Source: a virus
Lineage: Duplodnaviria; Caudoviricetes
DNA: 50,001 nt
Strand: one strand, 5' to 3'
Virus record (IMG/VR): IMGVR_UViG_3300036845_000765
Coordinates: 1 to 50,001 of that record
The notes under the pieces are model-generated. The model was not told the origin of the DNA, ran no database searches, and saw nothing but the letters and a program-made list of their open reading frames with translations. Within the stretch, counting starts at the first letter, position 1, and the number at the start of each line of letters is the position of its first letter. The position numbers were made by a program, and so were the translations under genes. Of this stretch, positions 9,309 through 18,789 are shown piece by piece.

Positions 9309-10491
9309 TTGGGACTAGCATTCCCGCGTTTTCCATGTTTTTGAGAAGCCGGTCCAGGGAATGGGCGGGGACGAGGTCCTTCGCGAACATGATGATCTTG
9401 CCTTCGCGAATGGGTTTGCCGAAGGTTAGGACGTAGTGGTAGATTTCGTCCATGGCTCGGGCATCCGCGTTGCCGGCACCAGCCTTAAATATATCCGGCA
9501 TGGTTTGCTCGGCTTCGAGAAGCCAGCCTAGCGCTCGGTTGAAGTCGTCAACGGTGAGCAGAAGTACATCCGATCTTTCGATGGCCGACACCATGGCCAG
9601 TTTGTACAGGTGGACCCGTCTCCGAGTAGCGTAATGGATGAGCTTGGGATGGGTTGGCACATCAGGCTCCCCAAGTGATCTCCAATTGGTGATTGCATCA
9701 CGAAACTTCGTTGTGACCTCGAATTGGCCCACCAGCCCAGAGATACACAGCAAATCGTGTACAAGATCAGGGCTGAGGTCAGTGTTATGTGTTTCGCTGA
9801 AATCATCGCCAATGGTCCTTTCATCGCTGAAGACGAAGATGATCCGGGAACAGAATCCCTGGTCCCAGGCGGATGGGGGGAGGTAGTCCATTAATATACT
9901 TGGTTGGGCACCGACGATCATGTTGAGCTGGGGGCGTTTTATTTTGATATTGATCTGCCCAGTGCGCCGGGTTTGTCCGTAGGGTTCACAGAGGTGGCAG
10001 TGATTGATAAACCCCATGGCTTCTTCGCTGTACTTATGCATAAACGCGGTTAGCTCGTCCGCGGTTATGTACATTGTGTTGTATTCGATTTTCCCCTCGG
10101 GCATGTGGAGCATGGAACGCTTGGATTTGTCGAGGTCGTCAATCATTGACGAGGCTGACATTGAGGTTGGCGCGGGGAGGGGTTCTGGGATTTGCATGTA
10201 GTAGCGTTTGGCCCTGGAGATTGTTCGGGTTTTGCCGACACCTGGGTGGGCAACTAGTCCACAATAGATATTCGGATACAACCGGTCCCCCTGGCTGATC
10301 ATCCAGACCTTTTGCTCCACCACCGCGGCGACTACCGAGATCCCAGCCCAGAGACGGAAGATGTATGGGGATTCTAGCTGGGAGGTGCTATCTACGAATG
10401 ATTCGATCCAGGATTGACACTTCCGGAGTGCGTGACCGTTGGTCGTGGCCGGTGTAGTCGCGGAGTCCATCGGGGTTATCGGCACTTGCAT
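9232..10491 (-). CDS. P-loop ATPase, DUF3987/YfjI-like putative replicative helicase
   Basis: Walker A AHPGVGKT, Walker B ITADE; directly downstream of DNA polymerase. Confidence 0.7.
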   Translation of the reverse strand: MQVPITPMDSATTPATTNGHALRKCQSWIESFVDSTSQLESPYIFRLWAGISVVAAVVEQKVWMISQGDRLYPNIYCGLVAHPGVGKTRTISRAKRYYMQIPEPLPAPTSMSASSMIDDLDKSKRSMLHMPEGKIEYNTMYITADELTAFMHKYSEEAMGFINHCHLCEPYGQTRRTGQINIKIKRPQLNMIVGAQPSILMDYLPPSAWDQGFCSRIIFVFSDERTIGDDFSETHNTDLSPDLVHDLLCISGLVGQFEVTTKFRDAITNWRSLGEPDVPTHPKLIHYATRRRVHLYKLAMVSAIERSDVLLLTVDDFNRALGWLLEAEQTMPDIFKAGAGNADARAMDEIYHYVLTFGKPIREGKIIMFAKDLVPAHSLDRLLKNMENAGMLVPTTAGNYLTGQRMWRAAKPRMDGGED

Positions 10492-11884
10492 CGCCTTTGT
10501 TCCAGCCAGTTTTGCAATCGTAGGGGATGGTCATGGTTCGGCCGTGCTGGAGAGGGATGGTCTCCGGCAAGGCCGCGGCGAGGATGGGGACAACGGTGTC
10601 TTCGGCCTCCTCCGGGTACATGAATGTCAACGCGTCGTGGTCTTGGAACATAACGACATATGGTGCCCGCCGACCCATCCACACTCTGAGCATCGCGCGG
10701 TTCACGATGTCTGCGAGACTTCCCTGGGGATCAAAAGCAATAGCTCCCCTGAGCGTCTCTGGATCTGAACGCCGGCCAAAGAACCATCGTTTTCTTCCAG
10801 CAAATGATACAAGCTTACCCGATCTTCGGAGTTCATTGTCAACGTGAATGTGCCATCTTGTATGTCCCGGAAATGCGCCAAAATACTTTGGCTGGAATCC
10901 GGCAACGATCCGAACTGGGAGCTTGGTTTGCTCAGCGAGCTCTTCTGGCTGGCCGAGGTAGTTGGATCCGTGACCAAGTTTCTTGCACATGAATCGGTAT
11001 GTATAATGACGATAGAAGGGTTGTTCCGCGATATGCTTATCTCTGACCAATTCTCCCGTCCACGGAAGACTTGGCCAGCACATTCGAGCAACTGCTGTAT
11101 GCACGTCTCCAGATTCAACTGCATCTAGGTATCTCCCATCTTTGAAAAGGTTCCACTCAATGGCTCCGACGATATAGGACTCCCCAGACTTCGCGTCGAA
11201 CTTGGCGAATTTGCATCCTGGGTCAGCAACGAATACACTTCTAAGGCTCTCCTCGATGTTCTGAAAGTTTCCGCCAGTGCCAAATTCAGAGAAGCTAGAA
11301 CTAAAACGGCCAGTGTTAGTTCCGGCGATGTTGTAGGATGTTCGCATTCTTCCGTCATGGTCTACTCCCATTTGGAGGGCATCGATTTTCTTGGAGATTT
11401 CGCGTAGGGCAATGATGTGAGCTACAATCGGCTTGGCGACGGTGTAGGCACGGAGCTTCTCCAGGGCTTCGCGATCACAGGTGGGCCGGCCTTGGCGGCG
11501 GATGGTGGGGATTTGGAGATGGTTGTAGAAGAGGTTCATTACATCTGGATTGGAGCGCCAACTGAACGTGGGCATCCCGACACCGTCGAGGACGATTCGG
11601 TTTAGCTGGCGTTCGAGATAGTCGATTTTGTCGTAGAAGTCCGCGACTACCTCGTTACTCCGGCGTTTATCGACTAGCGTTCCGCGAAGTCGCATTTCTA
11701 GGACTGGGCCTTGGAGGGCCCGGCTAAATGCGTAGGTCGCGGAGGTGAGAGGGTCGAGGTTCGGGAGGATTTCTTCCAGGACTTCGAGGGTGACGACGCA
11801 GTCCAGTCCGTTGTAGATTTGGTCCCGAAGCCATTGGTTGCCGATATCATTTGGATTGGTGGTTTCTGTGTGGATGATTTTCAT
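10388..11884 (-). CDS. polA: DNA polymerase family A, polymerase subunit (carries ExoIII motif at its N-terminus)
   Basis: GTNTGRFSS, NFQNI, motif A FDAKSGE, motif B RFMCKKLGHGSNY, motif C QDHDAL; YNGLD near the N-terminus; start overlaps upstream stop. Confidence 0.92.
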   Translation of the reverse strand: MKIIHTETTNPNDIGNQWLRDQIYNGLDCVVTLEVLEEILPNLDPLTSATYAFSRALQGPVLEMRLRGTLVDKRRSNEVVADFYDKIDYLERQLNRIVLDGVGMPTFSWRSNPDVMNLFYNHLQIPTIRRQGRPTCDREALEKLRAYTVAKPIVAHIIALREISKKIDALQMGVDHDGRMRTSYNIAGTNTGRFSSSFSEFGTGGNFQNIEESLRSVFVADPGCKFAKFDAKSGESYIVGAIEWNLFKDGRYLDAVESGDVHTAVARMCWPSLPWTGELVRDKHIAEQPFYRHYTYRFMCKKLGHGSNYLGQPEELAEQTKLPVRIVAGFQPKYFGAFPGHTRWHIHVDNELRRSGKLVSFAGRKRWFFGRRSDPETLRGAIAFDPQGSLADIVNRAMLRVWMGRRAPYVVMFQDHDALTFMYPEEAEDTVVPILAAALPETIPLQHGRTMTIPYDCKTGWNKGDASADNPDGLRDYTGHDQRSRTPEVSILDRIIRR

Positions 11885-12114
11885 TGGTGGTTGATTGACC
11901 AATGAGCGACACATGCAAGCTCAGCGTCAGCTCTTGTGTTGTATTCTCCAATGTCATGGCGCTTTGTTGCATTGGGATACTCTTTTGAGCTTACATTCCA
12001 TTTCAGTGTTTGTTCGTCGTAGGAAATGACATACTGGAAAGGTTTGCGCACAGCCCCCCAGCATTTCATATCCGGGAATGGGGAAGGTAGGCTTATCCAT
12101 TGCATGTTATTCAT
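11881..12114 (-). CDS. Small hypothetical protein inserted between the two polymerase halves
   Basis: 77-aa ORF overlapping both neighbours; visibly more AT-rich. Confidence 0.7.
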   Translation of the reverse strand: MNNMQWISLPSPFPDMKCWGAVRKPFQYVISYDEQTLKWNVSSKEYPNATKRHDIGEYNTRADAELACVAHWSINHQ

Positions 12115-13207
12115 CCCTTTTGATTGTATCCGATTTCTTCCGTTCGCTCTTCCATGGACCGTGGTTGGTATAGATACTCCCCAGGTATCCCAGGCTCTTC
12201 AAGCTTTCCGGTTGGAGCGCGTGGTGGAGGAGCATGGTGTCGTGGACTGCTCCAAGTACACGGATCCCATATGACCGGAGGAGGAAGGCAATGTCGTAGA
12301 GTCCGTTTTGGAAGACTTTGAGGACTGCTGGATCCTCAAGCACCGAACGTATAAGGCTCCAACATTGTCGTTCAAGGTCTTTAGTAGGCCAATAGTTTCC
12401 CGAGTCTGCACGTGAGTCATGGATTGGAATAACAATCGCAAGGTCTCGTCTGGGAGCGAAACCCAGGCAGGTAATCTGCGTCCCGCTTGTTTCAATGTCG
12501 ACCGAAACAAGGCGGCCTGGAATAATGTGTTGCTGGAAGAAGGTTTGGATGTCTTCGATGGTCGGTTCGATCCAGATTTCGACTTTGGGGCGGGAGACAT
12601 TCGGGGTTTCCTTTTCGGTGAGGATCTTGCTCAGGTCCGCGACTACTGTTGGTCGGAGTTGCCATTGTCGGTTGACCGCGGAAGGGTGGTAAGTAAGCAG
12701 GCATTTATAGTCAGCAACACAGTGAGAACTACTAGCAGTGGTGCCACGAAGCTTAGTAACGCCGGTGTTACCCAGGAGAGCCCAAATAGCAGCGTTGCCA
12801 AGGCACACAATGAGATTTGGATCCACATGAAGAATTTCATCACCAAGCCGTATGATTTCCGACTCATAACCCATCTGTGCATATCCCGCTTTGGTAAGTT
12901 TTCCATATCCTGGGATTCCTGTTGCTTTGGGCCCGCAGAGTTCGCTGAGATCATTCCCAGGTGGGCGAAGGTTGAAGACGTTGGTTCGATAGAGTTCTGG
13001 GTGGGCGGTCCAGATGCGGTCGAGGGGCCAAGGGTCTCGGGTGGCCCAGAAGGATTGGATGTTGGCGTGGTCGGCTGGGGTGAAGTCGATCACCCCAGCG
13101 TCGTTGAGCATACGGAGGAGTTCACAGCCGGTGGTGCCGCAGAAGCCGCGTTTGATCTTGGCTTCGTTTTCTCCCCAACACTCACCTATAAGGACTATCG
13201 GTTTCAC
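12107..13207 (-). CDS. Uracil-DNA-glycosylase-like domain fused to partial 3'-5' exonuclease (N-terminal half of split PolA)
   Basis: UDG-like IGECWG, YRTNV, CLGNAA, TYHPSAV; ExoI VDIETSG, ExoII FQNGLYD, HDTML; GTG start overlaps upstream TGA. Confidence 0.88.
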   Translation of the reverse strand: MKPIVLIGECWGENEAKIKRGFCGTTGCELLRMLNDAGVIDFTPADHANIQSFWATRDPWPLDRIWTAHPELYRTNVFNLRPPGNDLSELCGPKATGIPGYGKLTKAGYAQMGYESEIIRLGDEILHVDPNLIVCLGNAAIWALLGNTGVTKLRGTTASSSHCVADYKCLLTYHPSAVNRQWQLRPTVVADLSKILTEKETPNVSRPKVEIWIEPTIEDIQTFFQQHIIPGRLVSVDIETSGTQITCLGFAPRRDLAIVIPIHDSRADSGNYWPTKDLERQCWSLIRSVLEDPAVLKVFQNGLYDIAFLLRSYGIRVLGAVHDTMLLHHALQPESLKSLGYLGSIYTNHGPWKSERKKSDTIKRDE

Positions 13208-13554
13208 TTGCAGAGATCTTCCACGAGCTTCCCATACCCAACCACGTCTTCCCAATGCTGGCGCTCCATGGACTTTCCGCTGAGGATCCTTGAGAACTTC
13301 AACGCGATCATGTCCATGGCTTCGCGTTCCACATCGGTCAACCGGTCCCAACCTGTGGATGCACGAAAGCATCGCTTGAGCATTTGGGAAACCAGGGCGT
13401 TCTCGGCGAAGTCGCCATGGGTGGATTGTCGGGTGGTTAGGAGGGGGTGGCGTTCTGGTTCTGTCACGTACGTAATACCTCCAGGGCGTAGTTCGGGAGA
13501 GTTGATCTCGGCTTCCATCGCGGACACATCAAACGCTTTCGGGTATTTGCTCAT
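13204..13554 (-). CDS. Conserved phage protein (DUF6378-like)
   Basis: R-x-STHGDF...KFSRIL...HWEDVVGYG pattern. Confidence 0.6.
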   Translation of the reverse strand: MSKYPKAFDVSAMEAEINSPELRPGGITYVTEPERHPLLTTRQSTHGDFAENALVSQMLKRCFRASTGWDRLTDVEREAMDMIALKFSRILSGKSMERQHWEDVVGYGKLVEDLCK

Positions 13555-13566
13555 TCTCAGTTCTCC

Positions 13567-13598
13567 AAAAAGAAGGGTGTAGCATTCGCGCTACACCC
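13567..13598 (-). terminator. Rho-independent terminator
   Basis: 9-bp stem GGGTGTAGC/GCTACACCC followed on the minus strand by TTCTTTTT, just after the SSB-like gene. Confidence 0.8.
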
Positions 13599-13612
13599 AG
13601 GCTGGGGGAGGG

Positions 13613-14056
13613 TTAGTCTACGGCCGGCGCGGTTCGCTGGATCTTGGCGAAGACCCGGTCCGAGCCTTCTTGCTGATCATGCTTGATAAACGCCAACACC
13701 GACGCGTTCGGGGTATTGTCGATGCAGGTGGAGAGGGATGCCCCTTCCTCCAGGCATCCGCAGTGTTCGACGAACTGCTTCATCATGAACAGAGCATCCT
13801 CGGTTACCCAGAGATCATTGTTCAGGGTCTTGCCGTTGATTCCGCCTTCCAGCTTGGCGAGTTCTTCGGGGTCGACGTCTTCCAGGGGCTGGAGGACTTT
13901 GAGCTTGAAACGAAGGCCTGGAGTTTTCTTCTTGCTGGAGACGATTTGCTCAGGCAGGCCCATGACTGAGCAGAGATAGGTTCCTTCGGGGAGGAGCGGG
14001 GGAGGCTTGATTTCATCGACATTGCGGTTGAGGACGTCTTCGAAGTTGAAGGACAT
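13613..14056 (-). CDS. Putative ssDNA-binding protein (DUF669-like OB fold)
   Basis: LPEGTY N-terminal motif; follows AAA ATPase in a recombination module. Confidence 0.65.
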   Translation of the reverse strand: MSFNFEDVLNRNVDEIKPPPLLPEGTYLCSVMGLPEQIVSSKKKTPGLRFKLKVLQPLEDVDPEELAKLEGGINGKTLNNDLWVTEDALFMMKQFVEHCGCLEEGASLSTCIDNTPNASVLAFIKHDQQEGSDRVFAKIQRTAPAVD

Positions 14057-14087
14057 TGGGGAGGGTTCCTTGAGGTTGGGTTGGGTG

Positions 14088-14942
14088 TTATACTCTACGC
14101 GTTAATGTAACCGTCTTGGGCTTAGCCTCCGCGGCGACGGTCGTGGGACCACGGAGGGTGGAGAAGAATTCTGCTAGGCCGGTTTCGATGGATAGGTCGG
14201 TACCGATCTCGAACGGCTTTGGGTTGGCGAGATCGATCATCGGGGTTGAGGAGGTTCGGATACCGATCTTGCCGGATTTGTTTTGGCAAAGCAGAACTGA
14301 AGAGAAGTATTGCGGGATCTTTGGGGAGAGTTTTTGGCCAACGCCTTGAGGGAAGCCTTTGAACGACCCATCGGGCTGGTTGAGATAAGCCACATGGGCG
14401 ATGACGATCACGTTGGTTTCGAAGGCTGCACTGGTTAGATTGGATAGGACCATCTCGATTGCGTCTTGGGCGTCTTTGTAGATTGACCGGTTGTCGACTT
14501 CGCCAGATTTCCCTGGCCGGGCGATTTGGTCGTGGAAGTCGTGAGCGGCGTCGCAGAGTCGGGAGAGGGAGTCGATGACGAGGATGTATTCTGGTCCCCA
14601 GTCGGTTGGGGGGCCGAGATCCACTTCGTCGTATTTCCAATGGTTGAGCATTTTCATGCAGTTGATGAAGGCGGTGGCTTTGCCATCGACTACCGGGCCG
14701 GTTGGGGATGGTTTATACATGTCGCGGAGAGTACGGAACTCCACATTGCCGATCTTGTCTGGGCAGGTCCGGAGGATTTGGTTCTTGAGTGGGTCGAGGA
14801 GGTTATCGAGATCGAGGATGCGCAGGTGGTAGCCGGCGGCGACGAGGGAGGCGAGGGAGGTTGTCTTGCGGGTTTTGGCATCGCCGATGAGGAGGAGTTT
14901 GGTGAGGGTGTTACTTTGATGGTCGGCCAGGGAGGGCATCAA
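14088..14942 (-). CDS. AAA_24/Sak4-like ATPase (recombination)
   Basis: LLIGDAKTRKT (degenerate Walker A), LVIDSLS, VIVIAH. Confidence 0.75.
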   Translation of the reverse strand: MMPSLADHQSNTLTKLLLIGDAKTRKTTSLASLVAAGYHLRILDLDNLLDPLKNQILRTCPDKIGNVEFRTLRDMYKPSPTGPVVDGKATAFINCMKMLNHWKYDEVDLGPPTDWGPEYILVIDSLSRLCDAAHDFHDQIARPGKSGEVDNRSIYKDAQDAIEMVLSNLTSAAFETNVIVIAHVAYLNQPDGSFKGFPQGVGQKLSPKIPQYFSSVLLCQNKSGKIGIRTSSTPMIDLANPKPFEIGTDLSIETGLAEFFSTLRGPTTVAAEAKPKTVTLTRRV

Positions 14943-15702
14943 GTTGGTCCTGGGGTTGAGGTGAAGCTAGCCCGGATGGCAGCGACTTCCCATTCGGATT
15001 TGTAGTTCTGTTTACTTTTGGTTTCGATCACAACGTCGGAAGGGTTGATTGTAATTTGTAAATGCTGTTCAATGTACTGATTGATTGCTTTGTAGATATC
15101 TTCTTGGCTAAGCTCTATCTGGGCTTTCATTAGGATGTTCCTTTTGGTTGAGTGAGCAAGACCTCGGTGTAAAGGGTCAACAAATCCCCATCGCGGATGT
15201 CGTAGGCATCGAGAGTGGCTGGCAGGGATATGGTGATGGTTGTGGATCCGCCGATGGCGAGTTTGAAGGATCCGGTGGCTCGATCGATGTCGATGACACG
15301 GGCGCGGAGGAGTGGGAGGATAGCGCGGGGTTGGTTAGTCATGATCCCATGCCCAGGCAGGGTACATGTCGATATCATACTTACTACACAGGTGTTCAAT
15401 GATCTCTCTGCGATCTTCTTGACTCACTGGGTCGAGTATGTGCTCCAAGATGTGCTTGACTGTGGTCTTGGCTTCGGGGTTTAGGTTGGCACAGGGTTGG
15501 GTCATACCGGTCTTTCCTTCCATTCTGGATCGACCAACGGCCCGACTCCAGGCCGGCCAATCTCCAGGGCCCTGCCACAATCTGTGCAGGATAGTAGGCT
15601 CCAGCCTTCGATCGGTTCGTCGGGGGTTAGTGTTAGGTTGGTGGCGCCGCAGGTCGGGCAGTGTCGGGCCAAGGCTTTCACCGGCTTTTCAACGGGTTCC
15701 AT
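14939..15702 (-). other. Four small coupled hypothetical ORFs (14939-15130, 15130-15342, 15335-15505, 15502-15702; the last has a CxxC...CxxC zinc ribbon)
   Basis: Overlapping start/stop junctions; CPTC...CTDC. Confidence 0.6.
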
Positions 15703-16736
15703 CGATCTTCCTCCGGTAATTGAACAAAATCTGCGTTTAGGTAATGCTTCCGTACTTCCGGGTTCTTGGAACAAACCTCTCGAAACTTACACCCTCCGTA
15801 CATCCCGCAGGCCATGTCATTCATGGGCCAGTAGTTGGCCCGGGCGTAGTCTTCGGCGCAGGTTAGGTGGTATTCGAGGTCGCCAAGCCATTCGTGGATG
15901 ATTTGGTCTGAGCGATAGGCGAAGCCACGAACAAACCGGTTGGGGACTTCGAGAAGCACCTGGGCCGCTTCGACGATCACCCCGCGGATTGGGGAACCAA
16001 GAACGACTTGGCCCGCTAGGGAGTACAAGGTCATTTGGTTGTTCGGCGAGAACCCGGAGAAGTAGTATTGGGTCGGTTCGGTTACGGTGGTTTTGTGGTC
16101 CAGGACGTAGGTGTCATCGTTGAAGGTGACTACTCGGTCGAGGTGGCCGCAGAGGAGGTAGGGTTGGGGAGGGCCTTCTAACTTTTGGCCTCCACAGTTC
16201 GAACACACACCATCATAGTTGTGTGGCCCAACAAAGCCTGTGCCACCACATACATGACATTCTATGGTGCCTGCTCTTGGCCCCCATTCCAGTTCAAACC
16301 GGAAGCTCTGCTCGACCATGGGCCGACCATCTTCCCGGATCACGGTTTTGCATGGGTCGTCGCGGAAGTGGTCAAGATAATCAACCACCAACTGCCGAAG
16401 GGTTTCCGGATTCTTATACCTACCCGCTTTGGTGGTCGGGTCCGGGTCGAAATCACGTGAGCGTTTAAGCAGATTCCCAACAGTCTCACGGATAGCGTCG
16501 TCGCGTGGAAGTCCATTGGCCCTTGCATTCTCGTAATCCTGAATAGCGGCATGATATTCGATCCCAAACCTGAGGTGAACGGACTCGTCCTTGGGTACCC
16601 AGCCTTCGAGGATGGTGAGCTGGTATAGCCTAGGGCAGAGTTTGATCGCGTTGATGGAGGTTGAGTCCCAGGCGAATTGGATCTTGGTGCCTGGGAGGAA
16701 TGGGGATGGTGGGAGGATTGGTTCGGTCATGAGCAA
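15678..16736 (-). CDS. PD-(D/E)xK exonuclease, Cas4/AddB-like, with Fe-S cysteines and an inserted zinc finger
   Basis: LCPR, FGIEYH, GHLDRV, LDHKT, QMTLY, C-terminal CGMYGGCKFREVC. Confidence 0.85.
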   Translation of the reverse strand: MLMTEPILPPSPFLPGTKIQFAWDSTSINAIKLCPRLYQLTILEGWVPKDESVHLRFGIEYHAAIQDYENARANGLPRDDAIRETVGNLLKRSRDFDPDPTTKAGRYKNPETLRQLVVDYLDHFRDDPCKTVIREDGRPMVEQSFRFELEWGPRAGTIECHVCGGTGFVGPHNYDGVCSNCGGQKLEGPPQPYLLCGHLDRVVTFNDDTYVLDHKTTVTEPTQYYFSGFSPNNQMTLYSLAGQVVLGSPIRGVIVEAAQVLLEVPNRFVRGFAYRSDQIIHEWLGDLEYHLTCAEDYARANYWPMNDMACGMYGGCKFREVCSKNPEVRKHYLNADFVQLPEEDRWNPLKSR

Positions 16737-18459
16737 GCCCGAACCAGCGCTGTGGTTAGGATTACCTGACCCATGGTGGTGTATTCCGGATTGTGGTTCT
16801 CGGCTATGAGTGTCTTTATCTCATTCCCGGCCGCGGTGGCGAAGATGTAGCCCCAGCGTTGCCGGGGAATGTCTTGGGATTGGAGCCAGTAGTGCAGGGC
16901 AGTGATGATTTCGTCGGTGTCGTCGTTTTGGGTCATGTCAAAACCTCCTGTTGATTTTCACGATCGGTTTGTTCAACAAAGCAGTCACATCCAACGCTGG
17001 GCCTTCGCTGGGAGCCTTCTTGGTTCGACCACCGGACATTCGCTTGGCCCGCTGTTGGCGTTGGTAGGCGATCACCGCATCGATGTACTTGGGCTGGACG
17101 ATACCGGAGCCAAATGCGATTTCCTCGTCGATGCGGGCCATGAGTTCGTCGATGGTGGAGGGTTCGTCGGAAGGGGGCTCAGGCTCATGGTTGGTATCAC
17201 TGTTGGTATCACTGTTGGTATCGGGTTCGTTAGTCATTCTACTTCCCTCATAGCATATATCTTCCTTTGCTCCTCGGTTAGCTCGTCGACATTGCTTCTT
17301 TCCACGGACACGCAGGGACCTTCACCTTCCTCGAAGCCAGAACAGTCAATGGCAAAGTGCATTCTTAGGTCTTCCCCATAGAATTGATCGAAGTCTCCGG
17401 CTGGATGGAGTTTCTTCGCGCAGAACAAGGTTGTCCCTTCGGTTGTGTAGTCGGAATAACCAAAATCCGCGTGGATGGCAAATTTACAGTTCATGCAGTT
17501 GGGTTCGTTAGTCATTGACAGCCCTCGGGTAGATGGTGAAGTGGCCACTGGTGCGATCCCAGCCTACTTGATGCAGGGTTTTGTGTTCGATGTAGCTGCC
17601 AAGCATGTGCATGAAATGGTTGACGTCTTCGGGCTCACCTTCGAAGATCACCTTCACCGGCTTGGGCTGGCGGCCGAATGGTTCGTTGGTGCTCATTCCG
17701 GTACCTCCCGACGAAGAGCGTCGTCAATACGTGACCAGAGCAATGCTACCAAACCGCCCAGACCGATTACGACTGATCTTGGGGTCTCAATCGGTAAGGC
17801 GATGTCCAAGAAGGCCTGCATTGCACCCGCCGTGAGCACAGATAAAATCCATTTCATTCCGGTACCTCCGTTGTCTCGTGAATAATAAACACCGTTCCTG
17901 GTGGCATGGGTTGCATGATCATCATATGGTCGAACCCGCCGAACTCTTCCCTGGCGAGGTAGAGATCGGCAACGAACTTTCGCCGGTCGTCATCGTTGAC
18001 GGTGATCTTGAGCCCGATTTCCTCCCGGTCCGCGGCTTGCCAGAGGGCTAGGTAGCTGGTGGATGGGGGTTTGGTGGCCATTAGTCACGTTCCGTTTTGG
18101 TTAGGTTCTCAATCATCAACCTCGGAGCCGGACCGGCCAACTGCGGAGTGTCATCGATCTCGCTCAGGAGTTCGATCTCCCCAACCGCCAATGCCAACCG
18201 CTCCGCATAGACCCAGTAGTTGCCTTCATCATCTTCCTTGATCCGCAGACACATGTGGTCGTATTCACTGCTCCCGTGCATTTTGTGACCCTTCTCATAC
18301 ACGGTTTTGTTGAACTCGCGATGGAGCTTTCGCGCGTAGTTGCATCGATGGCGGAACTCGAAGGCTTTTTCGTAGGTGCCCATCGGGATCCGGCCACCTT
18401 TGGGGTCGTCGGATACTCGTTCGAAGAAGTCAATGCAGTCCGGGTAGGACTGTAGGGAG

Positions 18460-18789
18460 TTAGACATTGCCATGGAAGGTGCTTTCAGTTGCTGGGGACT
18501 CAGGGATTGTTGTTGGTTTTGTAGCTATGGCGTACATGACAAGACGGGCTTTGCCGTTGGAGTAGTTGTGTTTGATTAGAGTATAGCGGGTGGGGACTAG
18601 GGCGGTTACCAACCGGTTGACGTTGCTTAGGGTAGCGGACTTCGCGTAGACGGTGTATCCGCTACCGTAGATTGCGCTGGTTATGTCGGAAGGTCCACAG
18701 CCGGGGTGGGTGAGGATGTATTCGAACACCCGTTGGAGGGTTGGGGTGAGCTGGAGGATGTGGTGGCCGCACTGGGGGCAGGTGGTCAT
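18460..18789 (-). CDS. Zinc-ribbon plus winged-HTH protein, candidate transcription regulator
   Basis: CPQCG N-terminus then LTPTLQRVFEYILTHPG...SDITSAIYG. Confidence 0.55.
   Translation of the reverse strand: MTTCPQCGHHILQLTPTLQRVFEYILTHPGCGPSDITSAIYGSGYTVYAKSATLSNVNRLVTALVPTRYTLIKHNYSNGKARLVMYAIATKPTTIPESPATESTFHGNV

Noticed and set aside
11881-12114. Group I intron, intein or stop-codon readthrough joining the polymerase halves
   Set aside because: About 225 nt filled by a coupled ORF, several in-frame stops, and no recognisable intron core or intein termini; not formally excluded without RNA data.
12419-13582. 387-aa plus-strand ORF and similar long antisense ORFs
   Set aside because: Shadow frames of real genes caused by strong codon bias; no motifs or RBS.
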